From an uncultured Gemmatimonadales bacterium (lineage in GTDB: Bacteria > Gemmatimonadota > Gemmatimonadetes > Gemmatimonadales > GWC2-71-9): a stretch of DNA of 64,000 nucleotides. The position numbers and the translations under genes were made by a program. Location of the stretch: the NCBI GenBank assembly GCA_963795085.1, contig CAWCFX010000004.1, positions 256,001 to 320,000 of the forward strand. Reading direction: 5' to 3'. Below, in pieces: positions 23,903 through 34,340 of the stretch. The number at the start of each line of letters is the position of its first letter. The stretch's first letter is position 1. A model generated the notes under the pieces. That model saw nothing but the letters and a program-made list of their open reading frames with translations, made no database searches and was not told where the DNA came from.

Positions 23903-26312
23903 GCGTGTCGGTCACGGTCCGGACCAGGACTTCGGGGCTGAACGGTTTCTGGATGAATGCCGCGCCCGGCTCCAGGAGACCCCGGCGGGAGATCTCTCCG
24001 TCGGTATAGCCGGACATGAAAATCACCGGCAGCCCGGCGACCTGGGCCCGCACCACCCTGGCCAGTTCATTCCCATTCATGCGCGGCATGATCACGTCCG
24101 TGAGGAGCAGCGCGATGCGCCCGGCCTGGCCGCGGAACAGCGCCAGCGCCGTCTCGCCGTCGGGGGCCTCCAGCACCCGGTAGCCGGCTTCCGTGAGGGC
24201 CCGGGTCACTACCTGGCGCACGCCTTCCTCGTCTTCCACTACCAGGACGCCCTCGCCGTTGCCCCGGGGGATCGCGTCGAGCGGCACGATCACCGGAGAC
24301 TGGGTCTCACGGCTTACCGGAAAGTAGAGCTTGAAGGTGGCCCCCCGGCCGGGCTCGCTGTACGCCCACACATATCCGTCGGATTGCTTGACAATGCCGT
24401 AGACGGTCGCCAGCCCGAGGCCGGTGCCCTGGCCGACCGGCTTGGTGCTGAAGAACGGCTCGAAGACGTGCTCCATGGCGTCGCGTCCGATCCCGTGGCC
24501 GGTGTCGCTGACCGCCAGGCGGACATACTCTCCCGGCTGGATGACGATGTCCGGCCGGGCCCGCGCGTAGTCGGAGGTCAGCGTGGTCACTGCGGTCTCG
24601 ATGCTGAGGGTCCCGCCGCCCGGCATGGCATCCTTCGCGTTGATGGCCAGGTTCAGCATGGCGTGATGGAGCTGGCCGGGATCGGCGCGCACCAGCGCCG
24701 GCCGGCCGGCGAGATCCAGGGTGATGGTATAGTCCTCACCGATGGCCCGCCGGAGCGCCGGCTCCCAGTCCCGGATGACCTGGTTGAGATCCACCACCTG
24801 CCGGTTCATCACCTGGCGGCGGCTGAACGCGAGCAGTTGCGCGGTGACACCGGCGGTGCGTTCGGCCGCCTCCTGGATCAGGGTGACGTCCTGCCGGACC
24901 GCCTCGGGCAGGTCGGGCCGCATCAGGACGAAGCGGGACGCACCCAGCACCACGCTCATCTGGTTGTTGGTTTCGTGGGCGACACCGCCCGCCAGCCGGC
25001 CGACCGACTCCATGCGGTGGGCCTGGCGGATTCGCTCCTCCGAGACCCGCCGATCGGTCACGTCCATGCAGACCCCGGTCATGCCCTTCGGGTTCCCGGT
25101 TTCGTCCCGCACGACGTGGCCCTGGTCGGCGATCCAACGGACCTCGCCGTTGGGGAGGACGATGCGGAACTCGTAATCCAGCTCGCCATCCTGCTCCAGG
25201 CTGAGCCGGATGGTCGCTTCTACGGTGGGGCGATCCTCGGGATGAACCCGCCCGATGAAATCCCCGTACCCGGTCACCGGGTCCGCCCGCCCCAGCCCAT
25301 AGAGACCCTTCATGTTTTCGTCCCAGGAGAGGGTGTCGTCCTCCATGGACCAGAACCAGGTCCCCATGCGGGCGGCATCCAGCGACCGGCGTAGCTGGTC
25401 CTTGCTCCGGCCCAGTTCCTCCCGGGCGGCGTTCCGCTCATGGCTCACCGCGGCGGCCAGAACCAGGCCGGTCCCTGCGACGATAACGAGATAAATCGCG
25501 ACCGCGAAAAGCGTTTCCAGCGGCGATGCCGACAGAAAGGGGCCCCTGCCTTCCAGGGTGTGCCAGACGGCGACCAGGGACACGACAAAGGTGAGCAGGG
25601 TGGCTCCGCGGCTTCCAAAACGAAGCGCGGCCCAGAGGACGAAGGGGAACAGCAGGAAGGGATATTCCAGGTGGGTGAGGAAGCCCGGCTGCAGCCACCG
25701 GCCCAGCCCCAGCTCGGCTGCGGCGGCGGTTCCCAGGCAGACGGCGCTGATCTCGATGATGCCCCGGGCGCCGCGGGAGGGTCGCGCGGGTTGCCAGGCC
25801 AGGAGGAGCGGCGCTACAACCAGGGCGCCGAGCAGGTCACCGGCCCACCAGGTCGCCATCCCGGTGGCCATGCCGGCCGGGAGGTCATGCAGCAACCGGA
25901 GGGTGCCCACCCCAAGCACCGCGCTTACCAGGGCGCCGGCCGGTGCGGCCACCAGGACGAGGGTCCGGACGACCCGGATGTTTTCCAGGTCCGGCCGCGC
26001 CCCACCCACTCGCCGAAGCAGTAGCGCGGCGGTTACCGCCTCCAGCGTGTTGCCGACCGCGATGCCCGCCGCGGCCAGGATGGGAATATCGGTGCCGGCG
26101 TTGGCAAGAAAGGCGCCCAGCAGGACGCCGGGCCAATAGCGGGGGCCGAGGAGCACCAGCGCCGCCATCGCGATCCCGGTAGGCGGCCACACCAGCGAGA
26201 TGCTTTGCCCGATGGACGCGAGTTCGAGTCCCAGCCGGGCGGCGAGATAATACGCCAGAGCCAGCAGCGCGAATCGCGCCGCATAGTGAACGGGAGAATC
26301 TGGCTGGGTCAT
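23874..26312 (-). CDS. Hybrid sensor histidine kinase (MASE1 - PAS - HisKA - HATPase - REC)
   Basis: VWPPTGIA, WWAGDLLG, PAS VHPEDR, H-box AHETNNQM, TKPVGQGTGLGL and LLTDVIMP. Confidence 0.92.
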   Translation of the reverse strand: MTQPDSPVHYAARFALLALAYYLAARLGLELASIGQSISLVWPPTGIAMAALVLLGPRYWPGVLLGAFLANAGTDIPILAAAGIAVGNTLEAVTAALLLRRVGGARPDLENIRVVRTLVLVAAPAGALVSAVLGVGTLRLLHDLPAGMATGMATWWAGDLLGALVVAPLLLAWQPARPSRGARGIIEISAVCLGTAAAAELGLGRWLQPGFLTHLEYPFLLFPFVLWAALRFGSRGATLLTFVVSLVAVWHTLEGRGPFLSASPLETLFAVAIYLVIVAGTGLVLAAAVSHERNAAREELGRSKDQLRRSLDAARMGTWFWSMEDDTLSWDENMKGLYGLGRADPVTGYGDFIGRVHPEDRPTVEATIRLSLEQDGELDYEFRIVLPNGEVRWIADQGHVVRDETGNPKGMTGVCMDVTDRRVSEERIRQAHRMESVGRLAGGVAHETNNQMSVVLGASRFVLMRPDLPEAVRQDVTLIQEAAERTAGVTAQLLAFSRRQVMNRQVVDLNQVIRDWEPALRRAIGEDYTITLDLAGRPALVRADPGQLHHAMLNLAINAKDAMPGGGTLSIETAVTTLTSDYARARPDIVIQPGEYVRLAVSDTGHGIGRDAMEHVFEPFFSTKPVGQGTGLGLATVYGIVKQSDGYVWAYSEPGRGATFKLYFPVSRETQSPVIVPLDAIPRGNGEGVLVVEDEEGVRQVVTRALTEAGYRVLEAPDGETALALFRGQAGRIALLLTDVIMPRMNGNELARVVRAQVAGLPVIFMSGYTDGEISRRGLLEPGAAFIQKPFSPEVLVRTVTDTLSRSTGPAR

Positions 26313-26337
26313 CAGGCTGCAGCGACGCGGGAGACCA

Positions 26338-26679
26338 TCAAAATTTCCTGGATTTGCGGCTCTTCTTCCGGCGGGCCACCTCGACCGCGCCGCTTACCCA
26401 CTCGGCGAGGGTGTCGGGATCGTCGAGCGCCTCCTCCGGCAACTGGTAATACTGCATGACCTCGCCCCCGGGCATGAAGGGAGGCATGCCACGGGCTTCG
26501 AAGGCATGTCGGTTCTGGTCATCAACCTTCAGGTAAACCAGGTCGTCGTCCATCAGGGCGAAGAACGCATCGCCGGCGTACAGTCCGACTCCTCCAAACA
26601 TGCTGCGAGCCCGGATATCTCCGCGGACCCGGGCCAACTGCTCCAGTACGTAGGTTCGGAAGCTGGCGCTGACGCTCAT
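26338..26679 (-). CDS. TfoX/Sxy N-terminal domain protein
   Basis: RSMFGGVGLY, VYLKVD and MQYYQLP. ATGA overlap with the upstream gene. Confidence 0.85.
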   Translation of the reverse strand: MSVSASFRTYVLEQLARVRGDIRARSMFGGVGLYAGDAFFALMDDDLVYLKVDDQNRHAFEARGMPPFMPGGEVMQYYQLPEEALDDPDTLAEWVSGAVEVARRKKSRKSRKF

Positions 26680-27137
26680 GGCGTGGTTCCTATGCCCGCC
26701 CCGCGGGCCATTCCGGCGGCCAGCAGCACCATGAGCACGACGAGAATGGCCTGGATGGTGCTGGTACTCGCGAACCGGCCGGCCCGCCGGGTGTCGGGCT
26801 CGGTGCCACCGCGGACCGCCATCCGCCACTTGATCAGCGTCATCATCGGGGCGATCTCCAGGGCCAGGACACCGAGAAACAGCAGCATCTTGGTCCAGAA
26901 GAGATGGTTCCCAAGGTAGTAGGCGGTGGCCTTTTCCAGTCCCATGAAGAGCCGGAGTAGCCCGGTGGACACCCAGAGCAGGGCGGCGATGCCCCACCAG
27001 GTATCGGCCCGGAACACGGCGGCCAGGCCGGGCCGGTCCAGCGGGCCCCGGAGGGCGTGGGCCCGTGCCCAGACCGCGCCCAGGCCCAGGCCGAGGCCCA
27101 GGAGATGAAATGAGGCAGCCAGCCAGCGAAGGATCAA
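26676..27137 (-). CDS. DUF2214-like membrane protein
   Basis: HLL...DTWWGIAA..STGLLR..EK..YYLGN.LFWTK and AGMARG. Confidence 0.8.
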   Translation of the reverse strand: MILRWLAASFHLLGLGLGLGAVWARAHALRGPLDRPGLAAVFRADTWWGIAALLWVSTGLLRLFMGLEKATAYYLGNHLFWTKMLLFLGVLALEIAPMMTLIKWRMAVRGGTEPDTRRAGRFASTSTIQAILVVLMVLLAAGMARGAGIGTTP

Positions 27138-27159
27138 GCGGGGAGGCGCGGTAGAAGAA

Positions 27160-28047
27160 TCACGCCCGGCTCCCGCGGGCTCGTCCGGCCAGGATGGTAA
27201 TGTTATCGCTGCCGCCGCGCTCCAGCGCCATTTCGAGCAGGGAAGTGCAGAGTTGTTCGGACGAGGTCATGGTGCGGCACTGCTGGGTGATCTCGTCATC
27301 GCTGACGTGCTTGGTCAGCCCGTCGCTGCAAAGAAGGATGACACAGCCGCGGGGGGTGATGTCCAACAAGGCAATTTCGGGTTTGGCCTCCTCGCCGCCG
27401 ATGGCGCTGGCCAGCACGTTGCTGTAGGGAGACTTGGAGGCCTGGTCGGCCTTGATGACCCCCGCGTCCACCAGGTACTGGGCCACGGTCTGGTCCCGGG
27501 TTACCTGCTTGAGGACGCCGTCCCAGTAGTAATAGCACCGGCTGTCCCCGACCTGGACCACGTACATGCGGGGCCAGACCGCGATAGCGAGCGTCAGGGT
27601 GGTGGCCATCCGCTGGTCGGCACGGGCCGCTTCCTTCCGGACGGTGCCGTGCGCTTCCAGAACGGCGGTCTGCAGGGCGGTAGAAAACTCCTTCTCCTCG
27701 GAGGCGTTCGACGCGTGATAGCAGCGCATCGTGCTGCTCACATAGGAGGTGATGGCGGTGGTCGCCAGCTGGCTGGCCTCGCCCCCGGCCGCCGACCCGC
27801 CCACCCCGTCCGCCACCAGCATGATGGTTCCCAGCCGCTCGCCCCGGAGCGGCAGCTCGTCCGGCCCCGGCAGACTGGTGCCATGCACGACGATCTGCTG
27901 GTGAAGGGTGCAGAGGAGAAAGTGGTCCTGGTTCTCGGTCCGGACCCGGCCGGGATGGGTAAGTCCGAACAGGTCCAGTTCCTCGTCCCTGGGCCGGCCG
28001 GCGGGAAGCGGCGGCGACGTTGTAGTGAGCAGGCGAGCGGTGGCCAT
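27160..28047 (-). CDS. PP2C (PPM) family Ser/Thr protein phosphatase
   Basis: GRVRTENQD, VADGVGG, VGDSRCY, LCSDGL and GGSDNIT. Confidence 0.93.
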   Translation of the reverse strand: MATARLLTTTSPPLPAGRPRDEELDLFGLTHPGRVRTENQDHFLLCTLHQQIVVHGTSLPGPDELPLRGERLGTIMLVADGVGGSAAGGEASQLATTAITSYVSSTMRCYHASNASEEKEFSTALQTAVLEAHGTVRKEAARADQRMATTLTLAIAVWPRMYVVQVGDSRCYYYWDGVLKQVTRDQTVAQYLVDAGVIKADQASKSPYSNVLASAIGGEEAKPEIALLDITPRGCVILLCSDGLTKHVSDDEITQQCRTMTSSEQLCTSLLEMALERGGSDNITILAGRARGSRA

Positions 28048-28105
28048 GGGAACTCCTGGAGACAGTGCTCAAGCTTGGCGCACCCGCCCGGTTCATGCAA
28101 GCAGG

Positions 28106-29965
28106 TCAGGGGGGAGGCTGCCCCCAGGGCCGCAGCAGGCCGTACTCCGCCGCTGCCTGGATATCGGCGAGCCGCCCGGCGGTGGCGCCAAAACCCCACA
28201 GCTGGACAAACCCCGCCCATGGCCGGTCGGCCCGCCAGGTCTTGACCCAGGCATTGGCCTGTCCGAGCTCGTCGACGGCGAGCGCGGTGGTGACCGCGGT
28301 TACGTCAACCGGGTAGTCTCCCCGGTGCCAACCCTCGATTCCCCAGGCGCGACCGTCGGCGGTGGGATGCCCGGCATGTTCGTTGTAATCCATGGACGCG
28401 GTCGGAAGGCCGAGCAACGATTCGGTCCGCGCGAAATTCTCTGTCTCGACCAGGCGGCCGTTGGCGTCGTGGACCAGGGATCCCGGTGGGGCGCCCAGCC
28501 AGACCACCTTGCCGCCGGCGCGGAGGTACCGGGTAAACAGGACATCGGTGTCCATCACCGGCGCCACTTCGCCGGGCAGAACGTCCATGGCGAAGACCAC
28601 GACGCTGGGAAGGCCGTCGCCGATCCGTTCAGTAAAAAACCGGGCCAGGCCGGCGGCATCCAGTGATTGGTAGCCCTGGTCGCGAAAGTGCTCCAGGGCC
28701 AACCGGCTACCGGGAACAAAGGCCTGGCCGGCCCGGCTGGAGTCGTAGAATACCGCCATCCGGGGAATGGCATCCATCACCCGGGCGATGGCCACGATGC
28801 TGCCGGCATCGGTACCCAGGAAAATGACGTCGTTCGACACCACGGGTGTCGAGACGACCGATCCATCCATCCGGAGTCGCCATTTTTCGCGGCCGCTGGC
28901 GGCCTCGAGAACGCGCAAGTCGCCCCAGGGCGCATCGGTGCGGTAGGTCGCGATCACCAGGTCGGACCCCGCCAGCACCGGCGATGCGAGCACGTTGGCC
29001 CCGATCGGTTGCCGCCACAGCTCCCGCCCGGTTTCCGCGTCGAGCGTCTGCATGAAATGGCCGTCGGAACTTCCTGCGTAGACCCGTCCCCCAGTCACCG
29101 CCGGCGACCCGATCACCCAGGAGGTCCCGTGACTGGCCCGCCATTTCCGGGATCCGGTGGCGAGGTCCAGGGCATAGACCCCGCCATCGCGCGAGCCGAC
29201 GAACACGGTTCCGTTCATGATTGCCGCGGAACTCTGGATGGCGCGCCGGTCGTAGCCGAACCGGTTGGAGTCGAGCGTGTCGCCCTCGGTTCGGTGGACC
29301 CACCGCTCGGCACCGTCGCGCCGGTCAAAGGCATAGACCCGGCCATCGAAGGAGCCCGCGATGACCAGCTCGGCGGACAGGGCGGGGGTGGCCCGGAGTC
29401 GCCCGCCGGTCCGCCCTTTCCATATTTCACGTCCCGAGGCGAGATCGAGGGCATAGAGGAAACCGTCCTGCCCCCCGATGAATACCGTGTCGCCGGCGAT
29501 GGTGGGCGAGGAGACGAGGATGTCCCACCCGCCGCCCCGGCCGGTATTGAGGGCGAGGGCGGGGCCGGTGGATTTCGACCACCGTGCTGTCCCGGTATTC
29601 TGATCGACGGCAAAGATCCGCCCCGCGAGCGTCGCCGCTACGACCAGGCCGCGCGCTACCGCCGGCGAGGCGTGCACCGGGCTCCCGGCCTCAAATCGCC
29701 AGGCCAGGGCCCCATTCTTCTTTTCCAGGGCGTAGAGAAAACCATCCCCGCTCCCCACGTAAACCCGGCCGTCCGAGACGGCAGGCGTCGAGCGCACCAT
29801 CCCGCCGGTTCGGACCCGCCACTGGACGCCGCCCTGTCCCCGGAAGAGGGAGCCGGCGGATGCCCCGGCATGGGTTGGTTCGCCCCGGAACATGGCCGAC
29901 CCTCCGACTTGGGAAGCATCACCGGAGGCGCAGGCGGCGAGGAGGCAGAGGCTCGCGATTCTCAT
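28106..29965 (-). CDS. Lipoprotein with PQQ-like beta-propeller repeats and an uncharacterised C-terminal domain
   Basis: Lipobox LAAC and repeated S[ST]P-V...G-DG-[LV]YA[LF]D...G...W units. Confidence 0.85.
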   Translation of the reverse strand: MRIASLCLLAACASGDASQVGGSAMFRGEPTHAGASAGSLFRGQGGVQWRVRTGGMVRSTPAVSDGRVYVGSGDGFLYALEKKNGALAWRFEAGSPVHASPAVARGLVVAATLAGRIFAVDQNTGTARWSKSTGPALALNTGRGGGWDILVSSPTIAGDTVFIGGQDGFLYALDLASGREIWKGRTGGRLRATPALSAELVIAGSFDGRVYAFDRRDGAERWVHRTEGDTLDSNRFGYDRRAIQSSAAIMNGTVFVGSRDGGVYALDLATGSRKWRASHGTSWVIGSPAVTGGRVYAGSSDGHFMQTLDAETGRELWRQPIGANVLASPVLAGSDLVIATYRTDAPWGDLRVLEAASGREKWRLRMDGSVVSTPVVSNDVIFLGTDAGSIVAIARVMDAIPRMAVFYDSSRAGQAFVPGSRLALEHFRDQGYQSLDAAGLARFFTERIGDGLPSVVVFAMDVLPGEVAPVMDTDVLFTRYLRAGGKVVWLGAPPGSLVHDANGRLVETENFARTESLLGLPTASMDYNEHAGHPTADGRAWGIEGWHRGDYPVDVTAVTTALAVDELGQANAWVKTWRADRPWAGFVQLWGFGATAGRLADIQAAAEYGLLRPWGQPPP

Positions 29966-30110
29966 TGGGTCTCAATAAAAATTGGGTGTATCGGGCGACG
30001 CAGCAGGTCCATCACGAACAAACTAGCGGTCCGCGGCTGCCCTGTTTTGTACAGGGCTCACACCGCTGGCACAGAGGTCATCGGAAGAAGGGCCGGGGGT
30101 TATGGGGCCG

Positions 30111-31730
30111 CTACTCGCCTGCCCGGAGTGCCGTTCCATTCCCCGCCCCCACCCGAGCCCCATCACGGAGCGCCACCCGCCCGTTCACGATGACGACCTG
30201 GATACCAGCGGGATACTGGAACGGGTCCTCAAAGCTGGCTCGGTCGGCTACGGTGGCCGGATCGAGGACCACCACGTCGGCTGCCATTCCGGTTCCCAGC
30301 CGGCCGCGGGTGGCCAGGCTGGCCCGGGAAGCCGGTGCCGCGCTCATCTTGCGAATGGCCGATTCCAGGCTGAGCGCCTTCCGTTCTCGCACATAGCGGC
30401 CGAGAACTCTCGGGTAGGAGCCGAGGCCGCGCGGGTGGGGGTTGCCCCGCCGGGCCGGGCCCTCGGTGGCGAAACTTCCCCCGTCGCTGCAGACCATGCC
30501 CAGGGGGTGGGCCAGGATGCGCTCCAGGTTCTCCTCGCTCATGGCGAACCCCACCATGCCGACACCGCCCTGGCTCTCCCGCAGCAGTGCGGCGGCAAGG
30601 TCATAAGGATCCTGGTTCCGCTCCGTGGCGAGGGCGCCCAGCCGCCGGCCCTCCGCGCCCCGGCCGCCGGCGGCGCGGACGCTGGTGATCATGGCATTGT
30701 CCCAGCCGCCGATAAGTGCCACCTTCGCCAGAGTTTCTTCCCGAATCCGCGCGGCGGTGGCGGGGTCCGCGAGCCGGGCGAGGAACGCCTCGGTGCCGCC
30801 GTCCCGGCTCCAGACCGGAAACAGGTTAGTGAGGCCGGTGGAATAGGCTACGTAGGGGTAGCGATCGAACGCGATGTCGAGGCCGCGCGCCCTGGCCGCT
30901 TCGATGGTGGCAAAGGCCTGGCCGAGCCGGGGCCAGTTCCGCGGTCCCTGGGTCTTGAGATGGGAAATCTGGAGAGGGGTAACGGCACCTGTCGCGACCG
31001 CGATGGCTTCCTCAATGGCCTCGATCAGTCGGTCATCTTCGTTCCGCATGTGGGTGGCATACACCAGGCGCCGGCCGGCCAGCGGCCGGCAGAGCGCGAC
31101 GAGTTCCTCCCGGGACGCGAAGGCGCCCGGAGTGTACTCCAGCCCGGACGAGGCCCCGCAGGCACCCTGCCCCACAGCTGCCTCCACCATCCTGCGCATG
31201 CGTTCCAGTTCCGCCGGAGATGCGGGGCGGTCGGCGTCGCCCACCACGGCTCCCCGTACCGATCCCAGCCCCACCATCGAAGCGACGTTCACCGCCGGTT
31301 CATAGCTGTCGATTCGCTCGAAGTAGCTGGTGAAGGAATCGGTTTCCGATCCGGTGGCCGCGGATCCCCCGTCCTGCCCCACGACGATGGTCGTTATCCC
31401 TTGCCGGATGAGTGACTCGGCCCGGGGGTCCTCGGCCAGCGAGCCATCGCCATGGGAGTGGATGTCCACGAAGCCGGGACAGACGGCCGAGCCGGACACA
31501 TCAATCTCTTCCTTACCCCGCCCGGCGATCCGGGACGCCAGTTCGGCGATGCGCCCGCGGGAGATGCCCAGGTCTCCCCGGATTCCAGGAGAGCCGCTCC
31601 CATCGAAGAGGGTGCCCCCGCGGAGGACGAGATCATGGTCGGCGCGACGGGCGAGCAGGTTGGGTCCCGCGGCGAAGGCGGCCAGTACGCCGCCCGAGGT
31701 TTGCAGGAACGATCGTCGGCTCGTTGTCAT
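30111..31730 (-). CDS. N-acyl-D-amino-acid deacylase family amidohydrolase with Tat signal
   Basis: SRRSFL twin-arginine motif, PGFVDIHSH, THMRNE, ISHLK and HPRGLGSYPR. Confidence 0.9.
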   Translation of the reverse strand: MTTSRRSFLQTSGGVLAAFAAGPNLLARRADHDLVLRGGTLFDGSGSPGIRGDLGISRGRIAELASRIAGRGKEEIDVSGSAVCPGFVDIHSHGDGSLAEDPRAESLIRQGITTIVVGQDGGSAATGSETDSFTSYFERIDSYEPAVNVASMVGLGSVRGAVVGDADRPASPAELERMRRMVEAAVGQGACGASSGLEYTPGAFASREELVALCRPLAGRRLVYATHMRNEDDRLIEAIEEAIAVATGAVTPLQISHLKTQGPRNWPRLGQAFATIEAARARGLDIAFDRYPYVAYSTGLTNLFPVWSRDGGTEAFLARLADPATAARIREETLAKVALIGGWDNAMITSVRAAGGRGAEGRRLGALATERNQDPYDLAAALLRESQGGVGMVGFAMSEENLERILAHPLGMVCSDGGSFATEGPARRGNPHPRGLGSYPRVLGRYVRERKALSLESAIRKMSAAPASRASLATRGRLGTGMAADVVVLDPATVADRASFEDPFQYPAGIQVVIVNGRVALRDGARVGAGNGTALRAGE

Positions 31731-32560
31731 GGCTGTCTCGGTGATTGAGGGGTCATCAGGCGACGGACCAGGAAGGCCAGGCTCAGGGTGGCCAGAACGG
31801 ACCAGATGGGCACTGCCTTGACCGGCGATTCCAGGAAGGTCCCGGGGACCACGGCGACCCACGCGGTCACCATTCCGGCCCGAACCCGGACCAGGCGAAG
31901 GGGTTCACCAGTGCGATCACCCGATGCCTGGACGCGGGTGGTGCCCGCGATGACGATCAGCCAGGCAGCGGCGATCAACCCGGCGGCCACCAGCGGCAGC
32001 CCCGATGGTGGCGGACGCCCCGGGAGCCCGCGCCAGGCCAGGACGGCCACGGCTGCCGCCAGGGAGAGGGCCGCCGGAATCCATTGCCGGCGCCGTGGCT
32101 CGGGCAGCGTGGCATCCAGCGCGAACGCCAGCGCGCCCAGGACCCCGGGCCAGGGGCTTCCCGATTCGTACATGACCCAGCCCAGCAGGAGGAGGGCGGC
32201 GGCGGAATCCAGCGGGGTGGCCGGAATTCCCACCGTGCGGTTGACGATCCGTACTGCCACGAGCACCGCGAAGGCGAGCAGCAGGCTGGAGGAGGGCCAC
32301 GCCACGGACGCGGTCCACCCCAGCGCCATGGCGGCAAAGGCGGCGGGATTGTCATCGGGCGCCAGCTCCCGCGCCAGGGCCCACGCGACAAAGGCCGCCA
32401 ACCCACCTCGAAAGCCGAATCGCAGGCTCTCCCAGAGGGAATGGGACTGCATCAGCCAGATCAGGCCGGCGACCGCGCCGGCCAGCGGAGCCAGCACCAA
32501 GACGGCGAGATTGGTCGGGTAGCTCGGATCGAGCTTACGCCCGATGGCTGACCGGATGAT
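31727..32560 (-). CDS. Multi-pass membrane protein of unknown function (start unresolved)
   Basis: About 9 hydrophobic segments and motifs IGRKLDPSYPTN, WALARELAPD, RIVNRTVG. Its stop is coupled to the deacylase start. Confidence 0.65.
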   Translation of the reverse strand: MIRSAIGRKLDPSYPTNLAVLVLAPLAGAVAGLIWLMQSHSLWESLRFGFRGGLAAFVAWALARELAPDDNPAAFAAMALGWTASVAWPSSSLLLAFAVLVAVRIVNRTVGIPATPLDSAAALLLLGWVMYESGSPWPGVLGALAFALDATLPEPRRRQWIPAALSLAAAVAVLAWRGLPGRPPPSGLPLVAAGLIAAAWLIVIAGTTRVQASGDRTGEPLRLVRVRAGMVTAWVAVVPGTFLESPVKAVPIWSVLATLSLAFLVRRLMTPQSPRQP

Positions 32561-33326
32561 GGACCGTGTTGGTGAGGATGAAATCGTCTTTGTCCCGGTC
32601 CCAGGTGTGTGTGTCCGTGACGATTTCGCCGGGGTGCACCCGGTGCACGAAGCAGGAGTTGGGCTCGCCGCGGGCCCGGGTCGAGGTCGTCGTCCCGGCC
32701 TGGAAAACGGGGACGTGATAATCGGGGACCTGGTAGCGGGCGGTGTTACCGACATAGGCCAGGTGAAGGTGGCCGGCAAGAAACATATCTATGCCGAGGC
32801 GGGCGAACACCGGCATGGCTGTTTCGATCCCGTCCACCACCTCGACACCCTCGAGGCCTTCGGGCAGGTCGAAGGGATGGTGCCCGACCAGGATCTTCAC
32901 CTGGCCGGCCAGCTTCCTCACGTCGGCTTCAAGGTAACGCAGCTGCTCGGCGCTGATGGCGCCACCCTTGATCACCAGTGACCGGGCGGTGTTGACGGTG
33001 AGCACCGCGATCTCCTCGTCCACATAGCGGGGCGAGAGGTCAGGCGTGATCAGCCGCCGGTAGCGATCCAGCGGGTGCAGCAGCCGGCGATACAGGTTGT
33101 AGGCCGGGACATCGTGGTTACCGGGGGTGACGACCTGGGGCTGGGGCAGCGAATCGAGAAAGGCCCGGGCCGCGAGAAACTGGTGCTCCCGCGCCCGCTG
33201 GGTCAGGTCGCCGGAAACGACGACCACGTCCGGCCTCAGGGCATGGGCCAGCCGGCGCAGCGGATCCAGCGTCGGGAGATAGATCATCCCGAAGTGCAGG
33301 TCGGAGATGTGCAGGATGGTCCTCAT
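32535..33326 (-). CDS. Calcineurin-like metallophosphoesterase
   Basis: HISDLHFG, SGDLTQ, PGNHD, GHHP and LAGHLH. Confidence 0.92.
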   Translation of the reverse strand: MRTILHISDLHFGMIYLPTLDPLRRLAHALRPDVVVVSGDLTQRAREHQFLAARAFLDSLPQPQVVTPGNHDVPAYNLYRRLLHPLDRYRRLITPDLSPRYVDEEIAVLTVNTARSLVIKGGAISAEQLRYLEADVRKLAGQVKILVGHHPFDLPEGLEGVEVVDGIETAMPVFARLGIDMFLAGHLHLAYVGNTARYQVPDYHVPVFQAGTTTSTRARGEPNSCFVHRVHPGEIVTDTHTWDRDKDDFILTNTVHHPVSHRA

Positions 33327-34216
33327 GCCGGACGCTCCCGGGGGACGACGACCTGGAGCGCGCCGGGATGAATCGCGTAGTGCAGCGGCGGTTTGAGAAT
33401 GGTGACCTCGCCATCCAGGGAGATCCGCAGGCGGCGGTGCCGGGCGTCGATCCAGCACTCGCTGGTGCGGAAGGCATCGAAGTCCTCCCCGGGCCGGACC
33501 TGGCCGAGCAGGGCCCGAATCGAAAACCAGATGAGACGGTAGCGCCCCTGGGCGCGGGGGATGTAAATGCAGAGCTGGCCCTGGTCCAGGGTCTCGCGGG
33601 CGGGCAGCCGTACCCCGTCAAAGAGATATTCGTTGTTCCCCACGAAGACCGCCGACGTCCGCCGGAGGACTTCCTGATCCTCGATGCTGACCTTGATGCC
33701 GAGCCGCTCGTAGTGGGCCAGCGCCTTGAGGGTAGCCCAGATGGCGGCAGGCCACTTGGCCAGGCCGTCCCGCTGCTTGAGCTCCCGGAGCCGGACGATC
33801 GAAGGATAGAGCCCCAGCCCGGAATTGTTGAGGAAGATACGATCGTTCACCTGGGCGTAGTCCACGCTCGCCAGGTTCCCCGCGGTGAGCACTTCGATGG
33901 CGGATTCGATTTCGAGCGGAATCCCCAGGTCCTTGGCGAAGTGGTTGAGGGTCCCCAGGGGAAGCACGCCGAGCGGCGTGCTGGAACCGGCGAGCGCGGC
34001 CGCGACCGAACTGATGGTGCCATCGCCGCCGCCGGCCACCACGATCCGGCTGCCCTCCTCCGCCGCGGCCCGGGCCAGGCCCGTGACATCAGATTCTCCG
34101 TCCATGAATACGATATCGGCGTCGTCGACGAGACTATGGATCAGGTGGGTCAGCCGGTCCCGGGCATCCTCGTCCTTGATACTGCCGGCGCGGCCGTTGA
34201 TCAGGAATCGAATCAT
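33323..34216 (-). CDS. Diacylglycerol kinase family (YegS-like) lipid kinase
   Basis: GGGDGT, LPLGTLNHFAKDL, FVGNN and SLDGE. Confidence 0.9.
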   Translation of the reverse strand: MIRFLINGRAGSIKDEDARDRLTHLIHSLVDDADIVFMDGESDVTGLARAAAEEGSRIVVAGGGDGTISSVAAALAGSSTPLGVLPLGTLNHFAKDLGIPLEIESAIEVLTAGNLASVDYAQVNDRIFLNNSGLGLYPSIVRLRELKQRDGLAKWPAAIWATLKALAHYERLGIKVSIEDQEVLRRTSAVFVGNNEYLFDGVRLPARETLDQGQLCIYIPRAQGRYRLIWFSIRALLGQVRPGEDFDAFRTSECWIDARHRRLRISLDGEVTILKPPLHYAIHPGALQVVVPRERPA

Positions 34217-34340
34217 AGGGGTGGAGTATCCATCAAACCGGCCGGGGAGGATGTAACCGGGGTTACAGGGACGCGGCCTCGATCCTTTTGGCCCGTAATG
34301 ATTTATTATTCCCGGCCTGCCTCCCCCACACCGGACGTGT

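Noticed and set aside
21295..24009. 904-aa plus-strand ORF
   Set aside because: Antisense to mscS and out of frame over marC; no recognisable domain.
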